Positions 51,973 through 63,200 of a DNA stretch of 64,000 nucleotides are shown here, one piece after another. The number at the start of each line of letters is the position of its first letter. The stretch's first letter is position 1. This DNA comes from Candidatus Gastranaerophilales bacterium (lineage in GTDB: Bacteria; Cyanobacteriota; Vampirovibrionia; Gastranaerophilales; Gastranaerophilaceae). The stretch is taken from positions 1,685 to 65,684 of the forward strand of contig CALVEU010000001.1 of assembly GCA_944326635.1 (NCBI GenBank), in the 5' to 3' direction. A model generated the notes under the pieces. That model did no database searches and was not told where the DNA came from. It was given only the letters and a program-made list of their open reading frames with translations. A program made the translations under genes and the position numbers.

Positions 51973-53349
51973 TTATTTAATAAATAACGGTTTTACAAGT
52001 ACATAAATGTCATTGAATAGAACGAATACAAGAAGAAGTATTAATAATGAGAAAAATACCGTCATTATTTTATTTGAAATTTCTTCATCAACAGGTTTGC
52101 CTTGAATTTTTTCTATCAACAAGAATAGCAAATGTCCTCCGTCTAATGCAGGGATTGGTAAGATATTCAAAATAGCTAAATTCATTGAGATTACGGCTGT
52201 CAGTAGTATTCCGTAGAATATGCCCTCGCTGCTTATTATATCTCCGCCCATTTTTGTGATTAAAACAACACCATGCATATTTTTTAGCGGTATTTTACCT
52301 GTAAATAGTTGTTTTAAGACGATTAACATTGATTTTGTTTCGTTATACAAATAATTGTAACTTGCAGAGAAAGCTGATTTTACACCTGTGATAGGTATAA
52401 GTTTTTCTTTTCTGTCAATAGTTATTCCGATAAGCCCTTCTTTGTCTGAATAAACAGTTTTGAGTGCAACAATTTCCCCGTTTCTTAAAACTTTTATATC
52501 AAGAGGTTTTTGGTTATCTGAAAGTGCGAATGCTAAATCTTTCAAAGTAAATGTCCCGTCTGCCTCTATAAATTTTTTATCTTGAATTTTATCTCTAAGT
52601 TTTATTTGATTTTCAGAAAGTTTTACCTCGTCAGGTTTGTATAATTCGATTGCATTTAAAACATTTTGAGAAAGTTTTATTTTTTCTTCTTTTTGGATTT
52701 GTGCAGGAATTTTTACGATTAATCCTTGTGGAATAATTTCATCTTCTTGAAATGCAGGATTAAGTTTTTTTAGTTGTTCGTAATTTTGTTCAGGTAATAA
52801 TTTACTTGTTTTGCCATCAAATGATGCACTATATAGAGCATAAAGATTTAAACCGTATTTTGAATTAATTTCACTTCCGTTAATTTCAATGATTTTATCA
52901 CCTTTTTTTAACCCTGAAGTCCATACGCTTGCTTCTTTTGGAGCTACAATGTCATTAACATAAATGTCAAATTTGCCTGACGGCATATTATGCCATAATG
53001 CAGCAGTCAATAGAACAAGTACATAGGCACAAATTACGTTTGCAATTACACCTGCTGAAAAAATTATTGCTCTTTGCCAGATTGGTTTGTTCATTAATCT
53101 GTCAGGAGAATTTTTCGGGAGGTCAGAATCTTTGTCATCGTCAGGGAATGACACATAACCCCCGAAAAGAAAAGCGTGTACGACAAGTGTTATATTTCCG
53201 ACTTTCTTTTCCCATAAAGTAGGTCCGATTGGCAGACCGATACCGAATTTGTCAACTTTAACTTTGAATAATAAAGCTGCACCAAGGTGTCCTAATTCGT
53301 GGACTAAAATCAAAAGTCCTATTAGTAAAATCATTATGATGACTGACAT
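51973..53349 (-). CDS. rseP: RIP metalloprotease RseP (M50 site-2 protease) with PDZ domain
   Basis: VHELGHLGAA (HExxH) in TM1, a central PDZ-like region, and C-terminal NILPIPALDGGHL. Confidence 0.9.
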   Translation of the reverse strand: MSVIIMILLIGLLILVHELGHLGAALLFKVKVDKFGIGLPIGPTLWEKKVGNITLVVHAFLFGGYVSFPDDDKDSDLPKNSPDRLMNKPIWQRAIIFSAGVIANVICAYVLVLLTAALWHNMPSGKFDIYVNDIVAPKEASVWTSGLKKGDKIIEINGSEINSKYGLNLYALYSASFDGKTSKLLPEQNYEQLKKLNPAFQEDEIIPQGLIVKIPAQIQKEEKIKLSQNVLNAIELYKPDEVKLSENQIKLRDKIQDKKFIEADGTFTLKDLAFALSDNQKPLDIKVLRNGEIVALKTVYSDKEGLIGITIDRKEKLIPITGVKSAFSASYNYLYNETKSMLIVLKQLFTGKIPLKNMHGVVLITKMGGDIISSEGIFYGILLTAVISMNLAILNILPIPALDGGHLLFLLIEKIQGKPVDEEISNKIMTVFFSLLILLLVFVLFNDIYVLVKPLFIK

Positions 53350-53387
53350 AAATTTCTCTCCTTATTACAAGCAAACATAATATCATA

Positions 53388-53419
53388 AAAATAAAAAAGC
53401 TCCTATTGTCTAAGGAGCT
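53388..53419 (-). terminator. Intrinsic terminator after speE
   Basis: Minus strand reads AGCTCCTtagacaatAGGAGCT followed by TTTTTTATTTTT. Confidence 0.7.
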
Positions 53420-53438
53420 TTTGTTTTTTATATATTGT

Positions 53439-54290
53439 TTATAACAACTCTTTCAAGTAGTTTGGTAATGCAAATCTCGCATTATGGTAATCTTTGTTAT
53501 AAATTTTACAAGTTTTTAGGATTTCTTCGTATCTGTCATCTGCAAAGTATGATAGCGGTTCTACATCAACTGAGCAGAATGCCCAAGCCCAATATCCGCC
53601 TGGGTATGTCGGAATATTTGATGTGTATGTTGAGCAAATTGGGAATACTTTTTTCAACAAATTATACATTTTTTTGATTTCTTCTTTGTTTACAAATGGG
53701 CTTTCTGATTGAGCTGCGATAATTCCGCCTTTTTTTAGAGAACTTTTTACGTTTGTATAGAATTCTTCAGTAAATAATCCTTCTCCAGGTCCCATAGGGT
53801 CTGTTGAATCGATTAGGACAATATCATATTCATCTTTTTTATCTTTAATAAATTCGATTGCATCTTCAACTTTTATTTCTACACGAGGATCAGACAAGCC
53901 GCAAGAAATTGTAGGTAAAAATTCTTTGCAGGCATCAATTACCATTCCGTCAATTTCGCATAAAACAACTTTTTTTACTGATTTATGTTTTAGAACTTCT
54001 CTTACGGTACCGCCGTCACCGCCGCCGATTACTAAAACACTTTCAGGGTTTTTGTGGTGCATCATAGGAATATGTGAAATCATTTCGTGATAATGATATT
54101 CATCACCTTCAGTTGTCATCATTAAGTCATCTAAAGTTAGCACTCTGCCTAATTCTGATTCTGTTTCAAAAACTTCTACTTTTTGAAAATCTGATTGTTT
54201 TGAAAATAAAACTTTTCCTGCTTTAATTGCAATTCCAAATCCTGCAGGTGTAATTTCATGATAATATCCGTTTTCGATTCCGTTTTTCAT
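53439..54290 (-). CDS. speE: Spermidine synthase
   Basis: VLVIGGGDGGTVREVLKH, DIVLIDSTDPMGPGEGLF. Confidence 0.95.
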   Translation of the reverse strand: MKNGIENGYYHEITPAGFGIAIKAGKVLFSKQSDFQKVEVFETESELGRVLTLDDLMMTTEGDEYHYHEMISHIPMMHHKNPESVLVIGGGDGGTVREVLKHKSVKKVVLCEIDGMVIDACKEFLPTISCGLSDPRVEIKVEDAIEFIKDKKDEYDIVLIDSTDPMGPGEGLFTEEFYTNVKSSLKKGGIIAAQSESPFVNKEEIKKMYNLLKKVFPICSTYTSNIPTYPGGYWAWAFCSVDVEPLSYFADDRYEEILKTCKIYNKDYHNARFALPNYLKELL

Positions 54291-54387
54291 TGTCTCTCCT
54301 TTTTTTAATTTTTAAGAAATTATATCACAAATAGAGCAATTTTTATTTATAAAAATTTTTATATTAAATGTAAGGGAAAATAATAAA

Positions 54388-55068
54388 TTGAAAATAGGTT
54401 CGGTTATTTTTAATGCTGTTAAAAAATCTTACCCGTTAGGAGCAGACGGAGTGAGTAAGCTGCCTAAAAATTTAAAGTTTGATTTAAAAAATCCTTACAT
54501 TTTGGAGGCTTTACCGGAAGGTGATATTGCAAAATTTTCCAAATATGACGGGGGTGATTTAAAAGAAGTTTGTAATATTTTGGATAAAGCTAAAAAAGGT
54601 TTTGATAATGGTGAATTAAAAGCTCTTTATAAAAAAGCTTTTCCTAATGGGAAAGTACCAACTGACTGTAATTTGGATGCTTATGTATACGTTGCAATGT
54701 TGCCCGAAAATATTGGCTCGAAATTTGATGCCCATGGAATTGCAAAAATTTCTGTCCCAGATCATCTTGCCCAGCTTAATAAACTTTTGACAGATGGTAT
54801 TAATCCAGCAAGACCTTTTCATACAGCACCATTAGTTGCATCAGCTCCAAGAGGAGTTGGAGCTGGAATTGGCACATCAGGCAGTGCGTATCGTGACGGC
54901 TCTTTTATTTTAGTTGGCGATAAGGGAAAACTAATTGAAGATTCAGGTATCAAACATGTTATTGTAAATGATGCATACTACAATATTATCAGTGATTTAC
55001 AAAGAAAATTCCCTGATGTAAATTTTGTAAGAGCAGATAATGCTGTCGAGTATTTTTCTAAACTTTGA
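54388..55068 (+). CDS. Hypothetical protein (226 aa, TTG start)
   Basis: Long ORF with AAGGGAAAA 8 nt before the TTG. No motif recognised (central SAPRGVGAGIGTSGSAYRDG). Confidence 0.45.
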   Translation: MKIGSVIFNAVKKSYPLGADGVSKLPKNLKFDLKNPYILEALPEGDIAKFSKYDGGDLKEVCNILDKAKKGFDNGELKALYKKAFPNGKVPTDCNLDAYVYVAMLPENIGSKFDAHGIAKISVPDHLAQLNKLLTDGINPARPFHTAPLVASAPRGVGAGIGTSGSAYRDGSFILVGDKGKLIEDSGIKHVIVNDAYYNIISDLQRKFPDVNFVRADNAVEYFSKL

Positions 55069-55377
55069 TTATTCCCCAAGAATATGAATATGTAAGTGGA
55101 AAACTTCCTGTCCTGCTTCTTTGCCGGTATTAATCAAAGTTTTATATGATTTAAGCCCGATTTTTTTAGTTGTTTCTTTAACAGCCATTAGTAATTCACT
55201 CATTAAGTTTTTATCTTCAAGCTCATTTAAAGATGCAACGTGAACTCTTGGAACGACAAGTAAATGGATTGGAGCTTTAGGATTAATATCTTTGAACACA
55301 ACTACATGTTCATTTTCGTATACAAATTCTGTGTTAAAATCTCCATTAATAATTTTACAAAATATACAATCTTCCAT
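55069..55377 (-). CDS. HIT-family (histidine triad) nucleotide-binding protein
   Basis: CIFCKII, and HLHIHILG at the C-terminus. Confidence 0.92.
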   Translation of the reverse strand: MEDCIFCKIINGDFNTEFVYENEHVVVFKDINPKAPIHLLVVPRVHVASLNELEDKNLMSELLMAVKETTKKIGLKSYKTLINTGKEAGQEVFHLHIHILGE

Positions 55378-55521
55378 TTTCTCTCCTTAATAAGTATTAC
55401 TAACCTGACTGACGAATTTTTTTATATTATAACTTAAAAAAATGTAAACTAACTTGCCATTTGAATTTATGTAAAGTAAAATAGTAATACTTGGAGCCCT
55501 TGGGGAGGAAATTTAACATTT

Positions 55522-56700
55522 ATGCCGGAATTAGCGAGAAGACAGTACGATAGGCAGCAATATAGGATTAACCATTATAATACTAATTATTATAGTAATT
55601 CTGGTTACGCAAAAGTTGTCAAAGATCCTGTACCAGTTAGACGTACAGTGAATACTAAAAAAGTTGAAAGAAACTATTTAATTCACAGAATTGTGTCTGT
55701 AGCAGTAGTGTCTTTGCTTGGTTTTACTATTTTACCTATTGGATTTAACAAGGTTACAAAAATGATGTTTAATCCGACTCCATACAAAGAGGTTAAAGCG
55801 GATTATCAAAGACTTTTGTTCCCAACTTCTGATTATTTATCAAATCATTGGTTCTTGGGACAACGTTCATTAGAAGGTGCTGAGGTGAAAAAACCTCAAA
55901 TGACTCCTTTGACTGAGGGAAATGAATTAACAGGATTAGAAAGTCAGTTAAATAATCTTGCATCAATGTATCCTTCTATTCACCCTTCAATTTATGTATG
56001 GGATTATGAAACAGGAAATTACGTTGATATAAATGCAAATGAAATTTTCCCGACTGCTAGTATCATAAAATTGCCTGTATTAGTTCAATTATTCCGTTCA
56101 ATTGAAAAAAATCAATTGACAATATATGATGAAATGCCTTTGACAGAATATTACAGAACAGAAGGTTCTGGCAGTTTGCAATTTAAGGCAGCAAATTCAA
56201 AATATTCAATAGATACACTTGCAAGAATGATGATTACAGAGTCTGATAATTCTGCAACAAATATGATTATGGCACGTCTTGGATCTATGACTGATATAAA
56301 TTCAGGCATAAGACAATGGGGATTAAAACACACATACGTTCAAACTTGGTTGCCTGACTTGGGAGGTACTAACCATTCTACTGCACGTGATATGGCAGAA
56401 ATTCTTTATAATATTGACAATCCTCAATTCTTGAGCACTAGTTCTCGTGAAAAAATATTTGATTACATGGGACATGTTCACAATAACAGATTAATTGCAG
56501 CAGGTTTGCCTGCGGGCGCTACTTTTCTTCACAAAACAGGTGATATCGGTAAAATGTTAGGTGATGCAGGTATTGTGTTTGCACCGAACGGTAAAAAATA
56601 TATTGTTGTAATATTTGCTCATCGTCCGCATAACTCACCTTTAGGTAAGGAATTTATTGTTAAGGCTTCTGAAGTTATTTACAATAACATGGTTAATTAA
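55522..56700 (+). CDS. Membrane-anchored serine hydrolase of the class A beta-lactamase/PBP fold
   Basis: Motifs S-x-x-K (ASIIKLP), SDN (ESDNSATN) and KTG (HKTGD). N-terminal TM helix IVSVAVVSLLGFTILPIGF. Confidence 0.75.
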   Translation: MPELARRQYDRQQYRINHYNTNYYSNSGYAKVVKDPVPVRRTVNTKKVERNYLIHRIVSVAVVSLLGFTILPIGFNKVTKMMFNPTPYKEVKADYQRLLFPTSDYLSNHWFLGQRSLEGAEVKKPQMTPLTEGNELTGLESQLNNLASMYPSIHPSIYVWDYETGNYVDINANEIFPTASIIKLPVLVQLFRSIEKNQLTIYDEMPLTEYYRTEGSGSLQFKAANSKYSIDTLARMMITESDNSATNMIMARLGSMTDINSGIRQWGLKHTYVQTWLPDLGGTNHSTARDMAEILYNIDNPQFLSTSSREKIFDYMGHVHNNRLIAAGLPAGATFLHKTGDIGKMLGDAGIVFAPNGKKYIVVIFAHRPHNSPLGKEFIVKASEVIYNNMVN

Positions 56701-56722
56701 ACTATTTATTTTGTGCTAATAT

Positions 56723-57499
56723 TTGGTTATGACTAAGATATTAGACTGTACCCTGCGTGATGGCGGGCATGTAAATAAATGGAATTTTTCAGATGAATGT
56801 ATTATCAGAACTTTAAAAGTTGCTGAAAAAACAGGGATTGAATATTTTGAAGCAGGTTATACTATGCCTGATTGTATTGAAAATTCAAGTATTAAACTTG
56901 TGATTATGGTAGATGCAAAAAATATTTGTCCTGTGAGCAAAAAAGCTGATTGTGTAAGATTGGCGTGTTATCCGCATCAAATACATCAATCAATAAAAGC
57001 AATTGAAGATTATAAAAATCAAGGTTTTGAGGTATTTTTACACCTTATGACTGCTGATAAATTTGAAGATTATGAGCTTTTAGCAAATTGGAAAAATAAA
57101 GATATTTTGAATTCTATTTATTTTGCGGACAGTTTTGGATCGTTTATGCCTAGTGATGTTGAGAGGATTTATAAAAAACTTCAAGATTGCGGTTTTGAAA
57201 AAATCAGTTTTCACGCTCATAACAATTTACAGCTTGCTTTTGCAAATACAATTAAAGCAATTGAACTCGGTGTTTATAGTATAGATGCAACAGTTTTTGG
57301 AATGGGTAGAGGCGGAGGAAATCTTCCTATCGAACTATTGTTGAAATACTTAGGCAAAGATTATTTTGAATATGTGAAACTTATAAGGGATTATTACCTT
57401 GATTTATATAACGATCACAAATGGGGTTATAGTTATGAGGCATTAATCGGTGGATTAGAAAATATCCATCCGTCAAAGGTAAGTCAAGCAATTGTATGA
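56723..57499 (+). CDS. HMGL-like (DRE-TIM) aldolase / pyruvate carboxyltransferase-domain protein
   Basis: ILDCTLRDGGH and FHAHNNLQLAFANT. Alternative ATG start at 56729. Confidence 0.7.
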   Translation: MVMTKILDCTLRDGGHVNKWNFSDECIIRTLKVAEKTGIEYFEAGYTMPDCIENSSIKLVIMVDAKNICPVSKKADCVRLACYPHQIHQSIKAIEDYKNQGFEVFLHLMTADKFEDYELLANWKNKDILNSIYFADSFGSFMPSDVERIYKKLQDCGFEKISFHAHNNLQLAFANTIKAIELGVYSIDATVFGMGRGGGNLPIELLLKYLGKDYFEYVKLIRDYYLDLYNDHKWGYSYEALIGGLENIHPSKVSQAIV

Positions 57500-57549
57500 T
57501 GGCATTTTATCTTTAAGCATTTATAATTTTCTAAAAAGAGGAATTTAGA

Positions 57550-60159
57550 ATGCTTTTAACAGATCATGTCCAAGCGATTATTAAATCAGCAAAATCAATA
57601 GTTGTAGCCAGAAATTATCCGGAACTCGCACCTGAGCATTTAATGCTTGCTTTGATGCTGGATCAAAACGATTTGCCAAAGATACTTTTGGAACGTGTAG
57701 GTGTTGATAATCCTGAAATTATTGATAGACTTAACAATTACGTTTCAAAACGTGCGTATTTTGCAAGAGGGAAATTTTCTGATATTCGCTTTTCTGTTGA
57801 AACTATTCAGTTAATGAAAGTTGCTCAAGAGGAAGCTGAAAAACGTGGAGATGAACAGGTGAGCATTGAACATCTGTTTTTAGCATTATTTAGACTTAAT
57901 AATAGAACTTTGGATCATCTTTGGGAGCAATCAGGTATTAACAGACTTGAACTTTATGAAAAGATGACCGAAGAAGTTAATAATATTGTAAATTTGGAAG
58001 AAACAGTTGATGAAAAATCTCCTTCAAAAACTGAACAAACAAATGAAAAGACTGAAAAAGAAAATGAAGCTCTGAAAAAATATACAACTGACCTAACAGA
58101 GCTTGCTAAAAATAACAAACTTGATCCTGTATTAGGTAGAGATGATGAAATTAGAAGAACTATTCAGATTTTAAACAGACGTTCTAAAAATAATCCTGTA
58201 ATCATTGGTGAGCCGGGGGTTGGTAAAACTGCTATTATTGAAGGTCTTGCTCAAAGAATTGTGTCAGGAGATGTTCCTGAAAGTTTGAGAAACGACAAAA
58301 TTCTAGCGCTGGATTTGGGAGCTTTGCTTGCAGGAGCTTCATATCGAGGAGAATTTGAAGAACGTTTGAAATCAGTACTTAAAGCTATTGAAGAAAAATC
58401 AGATGATTTAATGCTTTTTATAGATGAAATTCATACAATTATGGGTGCAGGGTCTTCTGAGGGTTCTGCTGATGCTGGTAATCTTTTGAAACCAATGCTT
58501 GCAAGAGGCGGGATTAGAGTAATCGGTGCGACTACAACTGATGAATACCGTCAATATATTGAAAAAGACAAAGCTATGGAACGTCGTTTCCAGCCTGTAA
58601 TGGCAGATGAGCCATCTGTTGATACAACAATAAGTATTTTAAGAGGTCTAAAAGATAAATATGAAGGTTATCATAGTGTAAAAATTATGGATTCTGCAAT
58701 TGTTGCAGCAGTAAAATTATCTCACAGATATATTTCTGACAGATCTTTACCTGATAAAGCGATTGATTTATTAGATGAAGCGGCATCAGCATTGAGAATT
58801 GAAATTGATACTATGCCTGAAGAAATTGATGTATTTATCAGAGATAAAATTCAATTAGAGATGAATAAAAAGGCTTTGGAAAAAGACGGTACTGAAGAAG
58901 CTGTGAAAAAAGTGGAAAAAATTAATAAAAAAATCACTGATTTAGATTCTAAAATTGAGAAATTAAAAGAACAGTGGCTAAAAGAGAAAAAAGTCATAGA
59001 TTCCTCTGCAGCTGTAAAACGTAATATAGAAAAGTTGAAAGCTCAAATTGAATTAAACAAGAAAAATCCTTCAATGGCTGCATCTTTAGAGGTTCAGTAC
59101 AGTCAAATGCTTGATATGGAAAGCAAATTAAAAGCTATTCAAGCTCAATCAGGTAAAAAAAGATTGTTAAAAGAAGAAGTTGATGAAGATGATATTGCCA
59201 CAATTGTTGCAAAATGGACAGGAATTCCGGTTAATCGATTAATGGAAGATGAAGCTAAAAAGTTAATCGGTATGGAAGATGTTATGCATAAAAGAGTTGT
59301 AGGCCAAGATGAAGCTGTTAAAAAGATTGCAAATGCAATTCGGCTTTCTCGTTCAGGTCTGAGAGATCCTAAAAGACCTATTGGAACATTTCTTTTCTTA
59401 GGACCAACAGGGGTTGGTAAGACTGAACTTGGAAAAACTTTAGCTTATACATTATTTAATGATGAAAATGCTCTTATAAGAATTGATATGTCAGAGTTTA
59501 TGGAAAAGGCTGCAATATCTCGTTTAGTTGGTGCAACTGCAGGGTATGTAGGGTATGAAGACGGCGGACAATTAACTGAAGCTGTGAGACGTAAGCCATA
59601 TTCGGTTGTGCTTTTTGACGAGGTTGAAAAGGCTCACCCTGATGTATTTAATCTTATGCTCCAAATGTTTGATGACGGTCGTTTGACAGATGGTCAAGGC
59701 AGATTAATTGATTTTAAAAATACTGTTATTATCATGACAAGTAATCTTGGAAGTGATGTTATTTTGGATGAAAATCTTTCAGAAGAGGAGAAAAAAGAAG
59801 AACTTAATCACGCTTTGAAAGAAAAATTTAAACCTGAATTTTTAAATCGTATTGATGAAATTATTATGTTCAAAGCTCTAACTCTTAATGAATTGATGCA
59901 AATTGTGGATATTCAAACTGAATCCTTGAAAAAACGTTTGGCAGATCAGGATATTGAATTAGAAATCACAGAAGGAGCAAAACATTTTCTTGCAAATGAA
60001 GGTTATGAACCGTTATATGGTGCAAGACCTTTAAGACGTGTAATAAGACAGTTAGTTGAAATTCCGATGTCTATGTCAATTCTTGACGGTCAATTTGTCA
60101 AAGGTGATAAAATTAAAATTGACTGTAAGGATAATTCATTGTTTTTTGACAAGAAATAA
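57550..60159 (+). CDS. clpB: ATP-dependent chaperone ClpB
   Basis: Clp_N repeats, two AAA modules (GEPGVGKTAI; GPTGVGKTEL), a long coiled-coil M-domain and the sensor motif GARPLRR. Confidence 0.97.
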   Translation: MLLTDHVQAIIKSAKSIVVARNYPELAPEHLMLALMLDQNDLPKILLERVGVDNPEIIDRLNNYVSKRAYFARGKFSDIRFSVETIQLMKVAQEEAEKRGDEQVSIEHLFLALFRLNNRTLDHLWEQSGINRLELYEKMTEEVNNIVNLEETVDEKSPSKTEQTNEKTEKENEALKKYTTDLTELAKNNKLDPVLGRDDEIRRTIQILNRRSKNNPVIIGEPGVGKTAIIEGLAQRIVSGDVPESLRNDKILALDLGALLAGASYRGEFEERLKSVLKAIEEKSDDLMLFIDEIHTIMGAGSSEGSADAGNLLKPMLARGGIRVIGATTTDEYRQYIEKDKAMERRFQPVMADEPSVDTTISILRGLKDKYEGYHSVKIMDSAIVAAVKLSHRYISDRSLPDKAIDLLDEAASALRIEIDTMPEEIDVFIRDKIQLEMNKKALEKDGTEEAVKKVEKINKKITDLDSKIEKLKEQWLKEKKVIDSSAAVKRNIEKLKAQIELNKKNPSMAASLEVQYSQMLDMESKLKAIQAQSGKKRLLKEEVDEDDIATIVAKWTGIPVNRLMEDEAKKLIGMEDVMHKRVVGQDEAVKKIANAIRLSRSGLRDPKRPIGTFLFLGPTGVGKTELGKTLAYTLFNDENALIRIDMSEFMEKAAISRLVGATAGYVGYEDGGQLTEAVRRKPYSVVLFDEVEKAHPDVFNLMLQMFDDGRLTDGQGRLIDFKNTVIIMTSNLGSDVILDENLSEEEKKEELNHALKEKFKPEFLNRIDEIIMFKALTLNELMQIVDIQTESLKKRLADQDIELEITEGAKHFLANEGYEPLYGARPLRRVIRQLVEIPMSMSILDGQFVKGDKIKIDCKDNSLFFDKK

Positions 60160-60202
60160 CAAAGTATAATATTAATTAATTTAAATTGGTTAATCAAGAT
60201 TG

Positions 60203-60230
60203 AATTTTGTCATTTAGAAGTGACAAAATT
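60203..60230 (+). terminator. Intrinsic terminator after clpB
   Basis: AATTTTGTCA-tttagaag-TGACAAAATT, then a T-rich tail. It contains the GTG that the ORF track used as the start of the next ORF. Confidence 0.65.
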
Positions 60231-60246
60231 TATTATGTTTAAGTTT

Positions 60247-60275
60247 TTAGTTAATATTTCCAATATCCATAAGAT
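60247..60275 (+). promoter_or_regulatory. Promoter-like element placing the transcription start at or next to ATG 60280 (possible leaderless mRNA)
   Basis: TTAGTT-17 nt-TAAGAT, then 4 nt, then the ATG. No SD. Confidence 0.4.
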
Positions 60276-60279
60276 TCAA

Positions 60280-63200
60280 ATGTATATAAACTCAATATTA
60301 TTTCAGAAAAAATCTAAAAAAAATAATTTAAGTAAACCAAATTTGCAAAAAACAGCTTCTTTTGAGGTTGAACCTAAAATAAATATGTTGTCTTTAGGTT
60401 CGTATAATTATTGTTCTTTAGTTCAAAATCAAGTAAGTTTTGGTTCTGTAAATTCTTTCATACAAAATTTCATCCTTTTTTTTAAAAATAATAGTAAAAA
60501 TAATAAGGAATTAATTTATGAGTTATCAGATACTCAATTTCAGAAGCTTTTATTTGAAGTAAAAATAAAATTAAAAGAACTAGGTATTAATCCAATAATT
60601 AACAAAAAAAACATTTTATTAATAAAGAAATTTTATTCAGATGAAAAATTATGTAATAACAAAAATGTTAAACGTAAAATAGAAAAAATTATTTCAAATA
60701 TAAGAACTGTAGAACAAGTTAAAATTGTAAATAAATATTTATCTGATGAAGAATTATATAATAATCCGTATGTTAATCGAAATCTTATTTTAATAATGAA
60801 TTATACTAAAACAGCAGAACAAGCTAAAATTGCAGATTTATATTTTTCAAATAAGAGTTTATATGATAATAAAAATATTGCTCTTTGGATAGGATCAATA
60901 ATTTCAGATATAAAAACTCCTGAGCAATTTAAAATTGCAAATAAATATCTTTCTAGTGAAAAATTTTATGATAATAAATATGATACTTTAGGTGGTGGTA
61001 ACATAATTTGTTCAACTAAATCTAAAGAACAGGCTCAAGCAAGACTTGTTATTATGGATAAATATCTTTCTGATGAAAGATTATATGATAATAAAAATTT
61101 TAAATCTTTGATTATAAATATTATTGGAAATACCAATAATATTGAATTAGCAAATGCTAGGATTAATTTAATAGATAAATACCTTTCTGATGAAAAACTG
61201 TATGGTAATAAGATTTTTGAAGATAATATTGGAAAGATAATTTTAAAGGGCAGAACTTCGGCAATATTAAAGGGAAATGTTAATTTAATAGATAAGTACC
61301 TTTCTGATGAAAAATTGTATAAAAATAAATTAATTAATAAAAATATTGGTATAATGCTTAATAATAATAATTCTCATGAAGAAACATTAGAAAATTTGAA
61401 GATACTTGATTTTTATATAAATGGAGGTGATATTTTACATAAAAATCTTATACAAAGTGCTATAGAGCACAAAAACCTCTTAAAATCAGCTCATAGTGAT
61501 ATAACAGATGATGTTATAAAAGAAGTTTTTGCAAGGTTGGAATTAAGAAAAGTTCTGCATTTAATTGGTCTGAATAATATAGAGGCGGCTTTCCCTCTTA
61601 CATTTGATAATTTTATGGATTTTGTAAAGGGCATTGCTAATTTAAAATTATCTCCATATAATGAGGAATTAATACTTCAGAAATTTAATCCTTTATTTTG
61701 TGAAAAATATAAAAACTTGGCAAATGAAATCTCTTTATTGAAAAAAATTTTGAGTACAATGCTAAGTGAAAGTAGTATTAAGCAAATTCAAGGATTAAAT
61801 GCTCAAAAGAAAATTTTAGAAAGTAAAATAAATATTCTTAAAAATGACAAATTAGTTGATAAAGATGAAGTGAAAAAATTGCAAAAACAATTTAAAATAA
61901 TAAGTAATAAAATACAACAAATTTATTTTTCTAATCCTGAATGTAAAGAACTTATAGAAGAAATAGATATAAAAACGAAAGTATTAAGAAATTTAGTAAT
62001 TGAAAATAGAAAATTAAACCCATATGAAGTTGTTACTAAAATGAATGTTTTGTCAGTATTAGAAAAATTTTCTACAGAAGAAGAAATGACAAAATTTATC
62101 AACTTAATAAAATTGTCTACGCCTGAAAATGATAAGTTATGGAATGAAGCTATAAATAAAAAGATTTTTGAGAAATTGGATATTGATTATAATGAACAAC
62201 TTTCTAAAAAATTAGATTTAGTTAATTGCCCTTACCTTTCAAAAATGTTTATGTCTTGTAACGATTTTTGGGATAACTTAAGAATTCTTGTTAATATAAT
62301 AAAACAAAATTTAAATTTATCTATAGAACAGGCAATTGATAAAATGTCTCAAAATATCAAAACCAAACAGTTATTTGAAGAGTTAGGCATAGATTATGAA
62401 AAATGGACCAAAATAGATAAAAATTCTTATAAAAAATTAAATATAAGTGTTGATTTAGAGGCAGTTAAGCGAAAAGCAATTGAAAATCTAGAAGAAGACT
62501 TAAATGATGATTTGTTTAGACTAATTCCAAAAGAAATTACAGAAGATATTTTTAAACGTTTGAAAAAGAAACTTGGAGTAACTTTTGAAAAATCACAAAA
62601 ATCTAATTGGGGAGGTGATGGATTTAATACAGGCACAAGGTCTTATTATAGGTTATACAAAGATAGAAATCCTATAACTTTTGAAGATATGAATAGTATA
62701 CTTTCAGAAATTAAAAATTCAATCAATAGTAATGATTTTTGGACGATTAAAAATAAAGATTCTAAAATTGAAACAGCTAGGAGCACTTTATATACACACT
62801 TAATTAAAATGAGAATAAACGAAGTAGAGAATGCTTTGAATTTTAAAGAAGGTGAAAATATTCAAATAGAAGTAAGAAAAACAAATATGTATGATATAAA
62901 AAAAGCCTTGGGTTTGGGAAATGATGCTCAATGTTGTACAGGACTTGGCAAAAACTCCAATGAATGGACAGCACCTACATATATTATGAATAAGTGCATT
63001 GGAGCTATTGAATTAACTGATAAAGGAAAATTTGTAGGTAATACAATGATTTATCTTGCTTATGTTGATGACAAACTTTCATTAATACTGGATAATATAG
63101 AATTAAAAACAAAATACCAGAATAATGACAAAATTAGAGATGCATTTTTAGATTATGCTAAAAAGCTTTGTGAAGAAATTGGGAAACCTGATATACCTAT

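Noticed and set aside
60220-60279. GTG start at 60220 (and ATG 60235) for the large repeat protein
   Set aside because: The GTG lies in the 3' arm of the clpB terminator hairpin (60203-60230). ATG 60280 gives the MYINSI leader analogous to the other family members and is preceded by a -10-like TAAGAT. ATG 60235 remains a possible alternative.
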